From a virus (Duplodnaviria; Caudoviricetes), in the IMG/VR virus record IMGVR_UViG_3300042347_000083, positions 1 through 41,616 of that record: a stretch of 41,616 nt of DNA, one strand, 5' to 3'. Both the position numbers and the translations under genes were made by a program. This document shows, one piece after another, positions 28,623-39,438 of the stretch (position 1 is the first letter of the stretch; each line of letters starts with the position of its first letter). A model generated the notes under the pieces. That model had not been told where the DNA came from. It saw nothing but the letters and a program-made list of their open reading frames with translations, and did no database searches.

Positions 28623-29107
28623 CGCTGACAATTCCAGACAAGATTGATGCAAGGAACGTAGTTGGATATGGCGACCCAGACTACGAACTCAACTTGATGG
28701 ACTTGGAGATTCTAAAACTTCCTCCAAGGGAATGTCCGCTGGTTCACAAGTTCACTCCGGGGATGTATATTCGGGAAATCTATATGCCGAAGGATACGAT
28801 TCTCACAACCTTGCTCCATCTTACTACACATCCATTCTTCGTAATGAAGGGTGATGTAACTGTCTGGTATCATGGCATTCCTGCCCATCGCTACAAAACT
28901 GGATATAGTGGGATCACAGAAGCAGGAACAAGGCGAATGCTTTACACCCATCGTGACACAATCTGGACTACCTGCCACGTCACAGACTTAACCGATCCAG
29001 ACGAAATTATTGACACGATCACTTCTAGAGACTTTAATCCTCACATCGCCAAGGAAGACCCAAGGGTGCAGAAGTGGCGGCATAACCGAACCGACTTAAT
29101 CAAATGA
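28619..29107 (+). CDS. Cupin-like protein
   Basis: HKFTPGMYIREIYMPKDTILTTLLHLTTHPFFVMKGDVTV double-stranded beta-helix pattern. Confidence 0.6.
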   Translation: MTLTIPDKIDARNVVGYGDPDYELNLMDLEILKLPPRECPLVHKFTPGMYIREIYMPKDTILTTLLHLTTHPFFVMKGDVTVWYHGIPAHRYKTGYSGITEAGTRRMLYTHRDTIWTTCHVTDLTDPDEIIDTITSRDFNPHIAKEDPRVQKWRHNRTDLIK

Positions 29108-30180
29108 GATTCCTTTTACCAGACCCGCTAGGCAACAACAAACATCCACAGATGTTTCACTCCAGCGGATTTGCTATTGCTGCTGGTGTGGTTTCGGTTG
29201 GAGCGGCGGCGGGTTCTGCGGCTATCTCGATGTCAGCAGCGGATCGGGCCAAAAGAGCGCAAGGTGCAGCGGCAGGAACATTTAAAAAACAACAGAGAAA
29301 AGCTACTGAAGGTTTTGTTAAAGGACAGCAACAAGTCCAAGGAATGATTGAGGGTGTCAAAGCTCCAGAGTATAATCTTGGATCAATGATCGGTGATGCT
29401 GGTAAAGTTTCAAAATACTATCGTCAGCAACTTGAGACATTTCAACCCGGAGCGGCACAGCAACGCCAACAAGCGCAAACTCAAATCGGGCAAGCGATGG
29501 ATGTTATTTCACAATATCTTCGCGGAGATATCCCACAAGATGTCAAAGATCAAATCACACGCAATGTCGCAGAGAGTGCAGGCGCAGGATTCAGCCCAGC
29601 GACAGCAGGACGAACTGGAGGATTCCAAGCGGCACAAGGTCAGTTAGCAAGAAACCTTGGACTAACTTCACTTGATATTCAACGACAAGGATTGGCAGCA
29701 ATCCCATCAATCCAAGGCACAGCACAGAACTGGCAGCAATTGGCGCGAGCATTCCAAGCAGAACCACTGGATGTAGGAAGACTGCAACTTGGCTACCAAA
29801 CAGCAGGGGCAGAAGTCGGATTGCAGAAAGCAAGGATGACATCTGATATGTTCACTAACATCTACAAGGCTCAATCTGGTTTGGCAGATCAAATCTACGG
29901 CGCGAATAAAGAAAACATCGCCGCAAGCTACGCTGCACAGCAAGCAGTCGGCCAAGGTGTCTCTGACATTGGTAAGGCTACCTCTGGTGCTTTGTTTACT
30001 GGGGCGCAGATTAACGCAGCCAATCAAGGGATGAACATAGGAGGCAACCCTTATAGTGGTGGCGGCGGCGGGGGTTTTGCAGGAGGATTTAATTACGAAC
30101 AAGCGTATGGCCCTGCAACTTATGGTGGAGCGAGGCCCGGATTTGGGAATTTTGATTACGGATCAGGAACAGGAGCATAA
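29104..30180 (+). CDS. Internal virion / ejection protein
   Basis: N-terminal Ala/Gly hydrophobic stretch, Gln/Ala-rich helical body. Confidence 0.6.
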   Translation: MRFLLPDPLGNNKHPQMFHSSGFAIAAGVVSVGAAAGSAAISMSAADRAKRAQGAAAGTFKKQQRKATEGFVKGQQQVQGMIEGVKAPEYNLGSMIGDAGKVSKYYRQQLETFQPGAAQQRQQAQTQIGQAMDVISQYLRGDIPQDVKDQITRNVAESAGAGFSPATAGRTGGFQAAQGQLARNLGLTSLDIQRQGLAAIPSIQGTAQNWQQLARAFQAEPLDVGRLQLGYQTAGAEVGLQKARMTSDMFTNIYKAQSGLADQIYGANKENIAASYAAQQAVGQGVSDIGKATSGALFTGAQINAANQGMNIGGNPYSGGGGGGFAGGFNYEQAYGPATYGGARPGFGNFDYGSGTGA

Positions 30181-30183
30181 TTT

Positions 30184-31644
30184 ATGTCTATCGCAGAACT
30201 CATAATGACAGGAACGGAGCGAGCATCCAAATCAACGGATTGGGTGGCAGATTCTTTGGCTAAAATTGGAGACAATGTTAGCAAAGTATTAACTGAACGT
30301 GAGCAAAACAGGCAAGCGCAAGAGATGCTTCCCTTCCTAAAGCAGAACCTACAAGCAGCAATGACTGATGCTGAAAATGGAAAGCCCGGTCAGGCATACT
30401 CCAAATTACTTGGATCACTTGATACTCAAACGCTAAAAATCCCACAGCTTGCAAACTTCGTAAAACTTGGATTCGATGCGATTGGTCAAACTATGGATGC
30501 CAAGAAGACAGGAGGAACTAGCCTTGTTGATTTCTTGGTAGCAAAAGAGCTTGGGCTTCCAATGCCAACTGGCGGAGATGGAACAGGAGGCGGCGGAACA
30601 GGAGGAGATGGAGGCGCCGGTGGAAGCCAAGATGTAGGAACGCCAGATGTCCCAGCGCAAATAGTTAAAGGAGTAGAATTAATTCAAGCACCCGGAATGG
30701 AGGACATCGATACAACTCAAGGAATAAGTGCTGTCCGAAACAATCAATTTAGCGTTCCCGTTCAAGGAAAAGATAATAAAACATACTACGCCCAGCCTAG
30801 AATGGATGCACTTCCAGTAGGTGGAGGAACAGGGCTTATTGATAACCCTGCGCCGTGGACGCCAACGAGAGGTAACGCTCAACAGCAACCAACCCCAGAG
30901 CAACAGCTTGCGGCAACATTTGTTCAACAAAACCAAAATATCGCACAAACACAAGGTGTAGGAACGGCATGGTATAACGAAGCAGTTTCTAAAGATTCTC
31001 CAAAACTAAAGCAACTAGATCAAACCCATGAACCGATTGATCTAAAAGGTGCAGATCAATTCCAATTCGGAACGATGTATTTCCCTAAAGAAAAAGACCT
31101 TGATAAAGAAATAAAAATCACAGCAAAAGGAAATGATTTTAATTTCTCCGTGGATAGAAATAAAGTTAACACAGAGTTGGAAAAAGAGAGAAGGGCTTTT
31201 AAGGTAAATATAACAACTGCACTTGAGAAAATGCAAAGCCAAGAAATCGATAAGCTATTTAAAGAATACGGATCAATTGAGAACTTCCCCCTGCCATCTT
31301 TGAGTGATCCAAAAGCAATAAAATTCCCAATAAAAGGTAAAGATGGAAAGCCTTCATTCGTAAAATTACCGATATCAGGGCAACCTAATCCAGATGGAGT
31401 AATTAAAAACATGGGACTTGGAGATGCGTTTACATTGTTGCAATCTGCGCCCGGATTGGGAAGGCCAATTGGCATCCTAATCGCACGATCTGGAGAGATG
31501 CCTGCTGTTGGTGGCGGTAGAGACGGCCAAACAAGCGTTAGTCCAAAAGTTTTAAACGCTATGGCTCAAGCTCAAAGGGAATTGCCAAATGCAAGCAAGG
31601 ATCAAATAAAAGCAAGAGCGAGAGAGATTGCAGGCGTAAAATAG
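30184..31644 (+). CDS. Internal virion / ejection protein
   Basis: Synteny between ejection genes; low-complexity Gly/Gln segments. Confidence 0.55.
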   Translation: MSIAELIMTGTERASKSTDWVADSLAKIGDNVSKVLTEREQNRQAQEMLPFLKQNLQAAMTDAENGKPGQAYSKLLGSLDTQTLKIPQLANFVKLGFDAIGQTMDAKKTGGTSLVDFLVAKELGLPMPTGGDGTGGGGTGGDGGAGGSQDVGTPDVPAQIVKGVELIQAPGMEDIDTTQGISAVRNNQFSVPVQGKDNKTYYAQPRMDALPVGGGTGLIDNPAPWTPTRGNAQQQPTPEQQLAATFVQQNQNIAQTQGVGTAWYNEAVSKDSPKLKQLDQTHEPIDLKGADQFQFGTMYFPKEKDLDKEIKITAKGNDFNFSVDRNKVNTELEKERRAFKVNITTALEKMQSQEIDKLFKEYGSIENFPLPSLSDPKAIKFPIKGKDGKPSFVKLPISGQPNPDGVIKNMGLGDAFTLLQSAPGLGRPIGILIARSGEMPAVGGGRDGQTSVSPKVLNAMAQAQRELPNASKDQIKARAREIAGVK

Positions 31645-31645
31645 A

Positions 31646-31673
31646 TTGCATAACCACTAAAGCATTCTAGGAT
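31646..31673 (+). promoter_or_regulatory. Possible promoter for a leaderless transcript
   Basis: TTGCAT-16-TAGGAT, 7 nt before ATG 31681. Confidence 0.45.
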
Positions 31674-31680
31674 TCAAAAT

Positions 31681-34600
31681 ATGGTTGATGAATTTGAACT
31701 CGCATTTACGCAATTAAACACTCAACCAAGAGATGAGTTTGATATAGCATTTGACGAACTACAACTTGCTGGACTAGCACCGGACGTAAGGCAGGAGCAG
31801 GAAAGAATCAACGAACTCAAGCGAGTCCCAGAGATGATTAACCGGACTGGCGGTCTTCCTGTAGGCGGAGAGCCTATGGTTGGTGGCCCAGATGTCTTGG
31901 ATATGGAGCCGGGGCAAACCAAAACCTTCATGGAAGATGAAGAAGGCAAGCCTGTAGAGGTTCGCCGCGCCCAAGCAATTGATATCGGAGGAAAGACAAT
32001 CCAAGAACCTATCAGCCCAGATGGGATGACGCTGGACTTCCGTGGGAATCTGATCAAAGAAAAGACCAAAGAACTCCAGTCTACTAGCGGTCTTCCATTC
32101 TCTGAATACATGAGCAAGTCCAATGCTCTACGTTCAGAGTTGTCCAAACTACAGCAGGATCAGCAGAAGCATGAGGCTAATCAATTAGACTTCTTGAGTA
32201 GATTGATTACAGGAAAGAAGGGCGTATCTGTAGATATAGAGACAGGGCTTGGAGAGGAAAGAGTAACTGGAGCAGAAGGTAAAATCACAACCGTTCCAAT
32301 CCGAACAAGACAGGGCGCGGCAGTCCAAGCTATCGGTGATCAGCGCGAATTCATAGATAACATTATCGGAAACGATAAATTCTTGGACTACCTAAAGACC
32401 AAGGGAATCGACACTCCGGGCATGATGTCGCGGATGGCTGGTCAGTATCTTGGAGCAGAAGAAGCACCAGCAAGAATCGAAGAACTCAAGAGGAATGTCG
32501 ATGTAAGGAAGCTCGCGGAGGAATGGGCAATGACCTCGCCCGACTTCATGGATACTGCTACGGATATCTTCAAGCGAGCATGGGATGGATACGCTGGAGC
32601 AGTTGGGTCTGGAACTATTGGCCCGATTGGTATGCTATTGAAGGAAGCTGGTTTTGAGCAGTCGGGGCAATCTCTAATCGAGGCCGCTGAATATGCAGAC
32701 CAAATGAGACTGAAAGGTCAAGACCCAAGAAAGGTTGGGGTATTAGCGCAATTCGGAAGGGATGTATCTGGTGGATTAGGTTTCACTGGCGCAGCTATTA
32801 CTGTCGGTGCGCTTGGAAACGCCGCACGTGCATCGCTTGGATTGAACTCTGCGAGGGCAATCAGTCTCTTCCAGAAGGGAACTACACTTACATTTGGTGG
32901 ACTTAACTCTGCATGGGCTGGATACTCTGAAGCAAAAGCAGATGGAGCCACTGAAGACCAAGCCAAACAAGCGGCACTCTTCTCTGCTCTAACTCAAGCA
33001 CCATTGGAACTTGTATCTCCATTGCAAAAGTGGATAGGCAGATTTGATTCAGCGCAGCAGGATAAAATTTACAAAGGTCTAAACAGGGCCGCGCAAGCTG
33101 TAATCGAAGGTGCTGAAGAAGCATTGTTCAACGAAATGCCACAGCAGATCGCAGGCAACCTCGTTAAGAAGTATGTCTACGATCCGAACCAAGACATCTT
33201 TGAAGGGACTGCATACGCTGGCGGGGTAGGTGGAGCGGCAGGTATTCTTACATCCATCTTTACCCAGATGATTTCTGGAAAGAAAGCAAAGAACAAAGCC
33301 TTGCAGGGTGATGAAGAAGGATCAGAAGAAACCGATATCGAATCCAAGGCAGATGAGGTTGCCGACCAACTAGCCCCAGATGAAGTATCTGACCTAGCCC
33401 AGCAGATGACTGCTGTTAGTGGCGAGATTGACAATCTCAAGCAAGAGATTGCTGACGACGAGATGGGACTACAGGGAATCGAAAAAACCGCGCCAGCATA
33501 CCAAGCCGCCGAACTGGCATTGAACGAAAAGAAAGCCAACCTCGCGCAATTACAGACCCAATTTGATAAGCTCTCCGCAGGCCCAGCAGAGGTTAAGGAA
33601 GCACCAGCGGCTGGACAAGTAAAGCCATCCGCTACAAAAGAAGAAGCTCAAGCCAAGATCGAGGAACTCAACAAAGAGTTCGATGCTTTGGATGAGAACG
33701 ACCAAGCAGGTATTGATAGGGTAAACCAAGCCATCTTCGCGGAGCAGAATAAGATCGCTGAACTCACAGCTATTGAACAAGGCATCGATCCGCAAGGCAC
33801 AACTCCTACCCGTCAGCCGGGGCTACCAGAGTCTGGCCGCAGATCGCCATTCGGAACCTTCTATCCAGAACGCCCAGTCCTACAAGCCTTCATGTCTGCT
33901 ACAGACAAGGTGATTGGAAAGATTCAAGCTACAGGTAAACGGGCGCAGAAGCTGAAGAACGCTATCCGAACAGCAGTGTCTAATAATGCTGGCTTCTTGG
34001 CAGGCACAGACACTCAAGTTATCTCCTCCGAGGAATACAATAAGCTGACTGGGAATAAACTCTCCGCTGATAGTGGAACATACAAAGCAGTCTTCTTTGG
34101 AGGTAAGAAGTATCTGGTTATCCCAGATGTAAACGTCCTCCAGCAAGTAGCGACCCAAGGTGAGCAACGGGCGGCAAGCAGAGATGCCGCACTGGATCAA
34201 GAGTCACGGGCAGCATCCAAGAAACTGGAAGAGGAGATGATCCATCTCTCCATGTTCCAAGGCATCCAAGACGAGTATAAGGCTCTCAAGAAACCTAAAC
34301 TCACAGAGCAGGAATACATCGTAAAGCGAATCTCTGACATAGCAAAAGAAGTAAAGCGCACGAATCCTAACGCATTGCCGGGGGTATCCAACGCATATCT
34401 AAACGATAAAACAAAACTCCTTGATGATCTTACTTTCTCCCAAGAGTTCATGCGAATGGTTGCCCAGCGTGTAAGGACGGGGCAGATCACCGAGGACTTG
34501 AATGCTATCAGAGCAGCGGAGAGAGAAACCTTCTCTGATAAAGACAAAGGAATAATCAGAGCATGGAAGGACTCACTCCTCAATGCTCTCCAGTTCCTCC

Positions 34601-37600
34601 GCACTTCCATCGCTCGCTACCTTGGTAAGGGAACCTCGACCAAGGAAGTAGAGAAGATGCTGAACACGATGAATACCATCTTGGATGAGTATGGCATCGT
34701 GAAGGGTGAAGCTAACTACGAGTTTAAAGATTACTCTGCTGCTCAACCTAAAGGTGAACTGAAACCTATTTCAACTGAAGATGAAAGGTTTATTGAAGAA
34801 AGAAAAAATGCTTCAAAACAAAAACGCCAAGAAAAAAATTTGAAGTTTGGAGAATATGGCGAAGATGTTAATAAACTTGAAAATAAGTGGGAGAAATCTG
34901 GCGTTGAATTAATATTATTCCCATCTGAACAAAATATAGAAATAACAATAATTAGAGTTCCAGAAAATGTTCGTGGAAAAGGAACTGGTTCATCAGTAAT
35001 AAACGATGTTAAAGCGTTGGCGGCAAAATATTCCAAATCAATAGTATTAAAATCTGAAGACATTGATGGAATAGGAAAAAATCCTGATGAGTTCTATCGT
35101 AAAAATGGATTTATTGAAACAGGAGATGGGAAATTCATTTATACTACAAAAGAAGCTACCCCAACTGTTAAGGAATCCTTGACAGTTGAACCAGCAGTAT
35201 CGGAAACGATAACTCCAGCAATCGAAGCGAAGGCTGGTGAAACTCCAACTCAACAATACGCACAAACATTCGAGTTGTTTAATAGGTATACCGAGCCAAT
35301 GGGTGTCCAGACAATTAGAGTCGAAGCAACTTCTGTTGATGAGGCTAGGAACTTGATTAAAAGGACAGAAGACTACAGAAGGATTAAGTCTAGGTATGCT
35401 AAAGTATTTGAGCGTGGTGAGCCAATCGTAGTTCCAAGACCCGGAGAGCCACCGATCATCGCCCGTGCAGGTGTAACTCCAGAAGGTGAACCAATGTCCA
35501 AGAAGTCTGAATCTGCAATGAAGCGGATCAGTAATGGAATTGTGAGTGACTTGAATAAGCTGGTGGAATCCTTGAAGCCAAAAGATAACAAGGCACTGAC
35601 GGAGTATAAGTCCAGAACAACACAGAAAGGTAAGACATATCCAAGACCTTTGATTTCTCCGTATTCGGTGGCCGCGAATCTATTCACATCGAATGCATTC
35701 ACCGCTGGAACGAATGCACTAAACAAAATCTTTCAAGGCAATCCAGACGTAGACTTCTTTAGAGTAGCTCAAGACATGGGCAGCATGGATGAGGCAGCAA
35801 TCCAGCGAGCATACAGCATCAACTCCGAAGAGCAGTTGGTTCTTTCTCAACTGATGTATAAGATGATGCCAACATTCATTGGTCAAGTTATGGATTCTAG
35901 TATGCCATTGTCTGCCCGTGAAGCGTTTGCATTGGATGCAAGGAATGTAGAAGCTAACCTCGCAAGGAAAGTAACTCTATCGCTTCGTGAGTCTGGGCGC
36001 AAAACCCAATACGCAAATACATTGAGGAATATCGGTGGCGCGGGAATGGCAATCCAGTCATACAAGTCCAGCATCATTGATGCGATGGGAAACATCTATG
36101 CTCTGACCAAAGCTCCATTTGAAAACATCGCAAATGCAATCCGAGGAGACCGCAGGAAGTCAGTAGATAAAGTAGCCAACATCCAGAGTGTATTCCGCAA
36201 GGCGGTATCACTCATTAAGCAATCCCAACTGAATCCAGAGAAGGTTCGCCAATCCATCCGCGCCGAGGTTGGCAAGAGAAAGAACGAAAGCACCCGCAAA
36301 ATCCTATTGGATTTCAGTGCGGGACTCTTCGATACCAAGGAAGACAAGTATGCCAACATGATAGTTGACCAGACTGTTCAGAACATCCTTGCGATTGGGA
36401 TGAACAGGAAGGGCTTCTCGATTGAGAATGTCAGCAACTTCATGTATCAGTCCTTCGCTACTGCCGCGAAGCAGATGGGAGTCCAGATGGCTGGAGTTCC
36501 CAAGCAGAAGGCAGGAAAGCGGAGCGGGAAATACTTGGAGATGGTTAAGGCGGTTATCGGAAACGATAATGCTTACAAGGCATTCTTGGCCGACCTATCG
36601 AACCGGATGGCAGAAAAGTATCAGAGCAAGGAAGCATTCAACGAGGACTTCGGCGACTTGTTCAAATCCCTCCGTTCAAACGAATGGTCGGACAGCTTGA
36701 GAACTCAAGCGATCAAGGACGCTACTGATGCTATCAACTACAAGTTCGCTGATCTATTCCAATACCTTGGAGAGAAGAGGAACGCTACCCAAGCTGGAGT
36801 GCGTGAGCATATCCGAGCAGAGCTTCGCGGAACTGGCGCATCAAACGAACTGATCGATAAGTTTATCCAAGATGCAGATGCCTATCTCAACCAAGAAACC
36901 AACAGGATTCTGACAGAAAAGCTAGGATTCACAGTCAACGAAGAGACTGGCAAGGTAACGCCAAAGCCTCTGATGAGTAAGAAGATTAAAGAGGAAGCCG
37001 AGGCGCAGTTCAAGAACATCAAGAATCTGAAGGACATTACCAAGCTATCCCTGACCGACGAAGGTAACTTCAAGGAAGGACTAATCAGCAGGATCATCAC
37101 AGAGATTGGAATGTCCAAGGAGAATGCGACTGAACTAGCAGACTTGATCTCGTCGGAGATGGATAAGGCACTCATCGCCCAGCGGAGCGAGAACCTGACA
37201 ACAGCCTTGAAGAAGGCTGAAGAAGTCTTAACGAACAATAAGATCAAGAGGAAGACTAACCAGAGGACATTACTCCAGCGTCTTATCCAGATGGCGAACA
37301 TGGGGATGCTGGACTCCGAGATGGTCTACGAGGCATTCCGCCAGACCCATGACTTTGATAAGAACTATCTGCCATACGATGCTGAATTCGTAAACACGAT
37401 CCGTCAATGGGGTGACAGGATAAGCCTGCTCCCAGAAGGCGTGATCCGAAGCATTGAGGAAGAGAAGATGGGTAGAGCTTTACTTGAGAAGAGTAAGTTT
37501 ACTAGTGGGGATATCCTATCCAGCTACTGGTATTGGAGTCTCTTATCACAGATCGGAACTCCAGCATTGAACATTGTTTCTGGAGTTAACAACCTTATAG

Positions 37601-39423
37601 GAAACATTGCTGTCTGGTCTTTATATAGTCCCAAGACATTCTTCCCAATGATGCAGGCGCTTTACGGAGCGGTAAGCGGAAAGCAATCTCCATCAGTGAA
37701 CTCATTCCTGTATGTCATGCGGAATGGATTGAACCCATCTGGAATGCAGGATGAGAGACGGGCCAAGTATCCAAAGACCAATGTCATTGAGAGTGCAACT
37801 CCCCAGAATGCGCCCAAGATTGTTTATTACCTGACCAACTTCGGTGATGGTAAGATCAACTTCTTACCTGACTGGTTTAATGCAGTTCTGAAGAATGTAA
37901 GTCCTAGAGCATTTATGAGATCGCTTCGGGCTACTGATGCGTTCCTTCGTGAAGCTGCATTTGAAGCAAAGATGGCATCGGCGGGGGCATCTCCATATAC
38001 ACAGCAAGGATTTGATATAGCGCGAAGACAAGCCGAACAGGAACTTGTATCCTCTCAAGCAAAAGGCAAACAGAAGGAGCAAGAGATCGTCATTCGCGCC
38101 AATGAAATCTATCGGGAACAGAGGGCTAAAGGGGCTAGGCTTGAGCTTGCAGAGATCGAGCAAGATGCATTGGAGACTGTCTTTAACCAAGACCCTCAAG
38201 GGATCATTGGAAGATTTGCAAACTTTATCAATGGATTGCTGGCGGATAAGGCGGGAGTAAAATTCTTTGTCCCATTCACGAATGTCGTTGCGAACGTCAC
38301 TAATGAGTTTATCAACTACACTCCGGGCCTTTCTCAAATCAAACTTGTTCAAGCTAGAAAAGCAGGAGTAAATGATCCATTCACGCAAGGCAGATCAGAC
38401 AAGCAGGCTGAACTATTTATCAAGGGGATGATTGGATTTACTGCATTTATTGTTCCTGCTGTTCTGCAAGCATTACAAGGTGGGGATGAGGAGGATCAAG
38501 AGAATAGACCTCCAGTTCAGTTCTACGCTGAAGGGCCACGTGATCCAAAGCAGCAAAGAATCTGGACGCAAAGCGGAGGCATTAGGTATTCAGTTAGGAT
38601 AGGAGATAAATACTTCTCTCTTCTTGGAACCCCTCTGGTTGTCCCGTTTGCTATGGCCGCGATGACTGCTGAAGAAATCCAAGCATTCAAAAAACAACAA
38701 CAGAAGAAGAGCGAGATCGACTATAGTGATCTTGCAGCACGGGCGTTTGTCGCTCCATTTGCAATCGCTACTGTAGCTGTATTGAACCAATCATTCCTTA
38801 CTGGTATTGCTGATATTCTTGGACTCACTCAAGCCCGTGATCCAGTCAAAGAGGGTGAAGGAATAATTGGTGGAATCATTGGACGCATGATTGTTCCAGG
38901 CCAACTTCGTGACATAACAAAAGTCACCTCTGATCAGCGAGCAGTTGGAAGCACATGGGCAAGCAACCTTCTAAAAGAAATGCCGGGATCAATTAACTTC
39001 TTGAATAAAGATGTAAACTACTTCGGCGATCCAGCCAGATACCCATCCATCGTAGCAGAAGATGGGCCGAGCAGAAGACTAGCCAGCTTGGTTGGAAGGC
39101 TAGCCTCACAAGAAACAGTAGACCCAGCATTCAAGATCATGTATGACATGAACCTGACTCCTCCTTCTTGGGATTCAAGTTTGAACTGGTCGAATGGAAA
39201 GAGGATGACGAAGACGCAAGAGTTAGAGTTCATCCGCTCCGCTGGGCCTGCAATGAGGGATTGGATTGTAGAGAACGAAGATGCATTGCGCGATCCAGAA
39301 CTTGATCTGGAAGAAAGGCAGAATGTTTTGAGCAATGGCATCAGTGGAATTCGCAGGCAATACAAGGCAGACCTAGAAGCTCAATACCAAGATGAGATAG
39401 GGATTGACTTTGAAAATATGTAG
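31681..39423 (+). CDS. Large internal virion / polyvalent protein with embedded GNAT domain
   Basis: 2580 aa, mostly helical, last gene of the virion operon; VRGKGTG...FYRKNGF GNAT motifs. Confidence 0.7.
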   Translation: MVDEFELAFTQLNTQPRDEFDIAFDELQLAGLAPDVRQEQERINELKRVPEMINRTGGLPVGGEPMVGGPDVLDMEPGQTKTFMEDEEGKPVEVRRAQAIDIGGKTIQEPISPDGMTLDFRGNLIKEKTKELQSTSGLPFSEYMSKSNALRSELSKLQQDQQKHEANQLDFLSRLITGKKGVSVDIETGLGEERVTGAEGKITTVPIRTRQGAAVQAIGDQREFIDNIIGNDKFLDYLKTKGIDTPGMMSRMAGQYLGAEEAPARIEELKRNVDVRKLAEEWAMTSPDFMDTATDIFKRAWDGYAGAVGSGTIGPIGMLLKEAGFEQSGQSLIEAAEYADQMRLKGQDPRKVGVLAQFGRDVSGGLGFTGAAITVGALGNAARASLGLNSARAISLFQKGTTLTFGGLNSAWAGYSEAKADGATEDQAKQAALFSALTQAPLELVSPLQKWIGRFDSAQQDKIYKGLNRAAQAVIEGAEEALFNEMPQQIAGNLVKKYVYDPNQDIFEGTAYAGGVGGAAGILTSIFTQMISGKKAKNKALQGDEEGSEETDIESKADEVADQLAPDEVSDLAQQMTAVSGEIDNLKQEIADDEMGLQGIEKTAPAYQAAELALNEKKANLAQLQTQFDKLSAGPAEVKEAPAAGQVKPSATKEEAQAKIEELNKEFDALDENDQAGIDRVNQAIFAEQNKIAELTAIEQGIDPQGTTPTRQPGLPESGRRSPFGTFYPERPVLQAFMSATDKVIGKIQATGKRAQKLKNAIRTAVSNNAGFLAGTDTQVISSEEYNKLTGNKLSADSGTYKAVFFGGKKYLVIPDVNVLQQVATQGEQRAASRDAALDQESRAASKKLEEEMIHLSMFQGIQDEYKALKKPKLTEQEYIVKRISDIAKEVKRTNPNALPGVSNAYLNDKTKLLDDLTFSQEFMRMVAQRVRTGQITEDLNAIRAAERETFSDKDKGIIRAWKDSLLNALQFLRTSIARYLGKGTSTKEVEKMLNTMNTILDEYGIVKGEANYEFKDYSAAQPKGELKPISTEDERFIEERKNASKQKRQEKNLKFGEYGEDVNKLENKWEKSGVELILFPSEQNIEITIIRVPENVRGKGTGSSVINDVKALAAKYSKSIVLKSEDIDGIGKNPDEFYRKNGFIETGDGKFIYTTKEATPTVKESLTVEPAVSETITPAIEAKAGETPTQQYAQTFELFNRYTEPMGVQTIRVEATSVDEARNLIKRTEDYRRIKSRYAKVFERGEPIVVPRPGEPPIIARAGVTPEGEPMSKKSESAMKRISNGIVSDLNKLVESLKPKDNKALTEYKSRTTQKGKTYPRPLISPYSVAANLFTSNAFTAGTNALNKIFQGNPDVDFFRVAQDMGSMDEAAIQRAYSINSEEQLVLSQLMYKMMPTFIGQVMDSSMPLSAREAFALDARNVEANLARKVTLSLRESGRKTQYANTLRNIGGAGMAIQSYKSSIIDAMGNIYALTKAPFENIANAIRGDRRKSVDKVANIQSVFRKAVSLIKQSQLNPEKVRQSIRAEVGKRKNESTRKILLDFSAGLFDTKEDKYANMIVDQTVQNILAIGMNRKGFSIENVSNFMYQSFATAAKQMGVQMAGVPKQKAGKRSGKYLEMVKAVIGNDNAYKAFLADLSNRMAEKYQSKEAFNEDFGDLFKSLRSNEWSDSLRTQAIKDATDAINYKFADLFQYLGEKRNATQAGVREHIRAELRGTGASNELIDKFIQDADAYLNQETNRILTEKLGFTVNEETGKVTPKPLMSKKIKEEAEAQFKNIKNLKDITKLSLTDEGNFKEGLISRIITEIGMSKENATELADLISSEMDKALIAQRSENLTTALKKAEEVLTNNKIKRKTNQRTLLQRLIQMANMGMLDSEMVYEAFRQTHDFDKNYLPYDAEFVNTIRQWGDRISLLPEGVIRSIEEEKMGRALLEKSKFTSGDILSSYWYWSLLSQIGTPALNIVSGVNNLIGNIAVWSLYSPKTFFPMMQALYGAVSGKQSPSVNSFLYVMRNGLNPSGMQDERRAKYPKTNVIESATPQNAPKIVYYLTNFGDGKINFLPDWFNAVLKNVSPRAFMRSLRATDAFLREAAFEAKMASAGASPYTQQGFDIARRQAEQELVSSQAKGKQKEQEIVIRANEIYREQRAKGARLELAEIEQDALETVFNQDPQGIIGRFANFINGLLADKAGVKFFVPFTNVVANVTNEFINYTPGLSQIKLVQARKAGVNDPFTQGRSDKQAELFIKGMIGFTAFIVPAVLQALQGGDEEDQENRPPVQFYAEGPRDPKQQRIWTQSGGIRYSVRIGDKYFSLLGTPLVVPFAMAAMTAEEIQAFKKQQQKKSEIDYSDLAARAFVAPFAIATVAVLNQSFLTGIADILGLTQARDPVKEGEGIIGGIIGRMIVPGQLRDITKVTSDQRAVGSTWASNLLKEMPGSINFLNKDVNYFGDPARYPSIVAEDGPSRRLASLVGRLASQETVDPAFKIMYDMNLTPPSWDSSLNWSNGKRMTKTQELEFIRSAGPAMRDWIVENEDALRDPELDLEERQNVLSNGISGIRRQYKADLEAQYQDEIGIDFENM
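32363..32378. repeat. 16-bp palindrome, copy 12
   Basis: TTATCGGAAACGATAA, inside the giant gene. Confidence 0.9.
35197..35212. repeat. 16-bp palindrome, copy 13
   Basis: GTATCGGAAACGATAA, inside the giant gene. Confidence 0.85.
36554..36569. repeat. 16-bp palindrome, copy 14
   Basis: TTATCGGAAACGATAA, inside the giant gene. Confidence 0.9.
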
Positions 39424-39438
39424 TGTAATGTTTCTTCC

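Noticed and set aside
34395-34409. ATATCTAAACGATAA half-site
   Set aside because: Only the right arm matches; compatible with chance.
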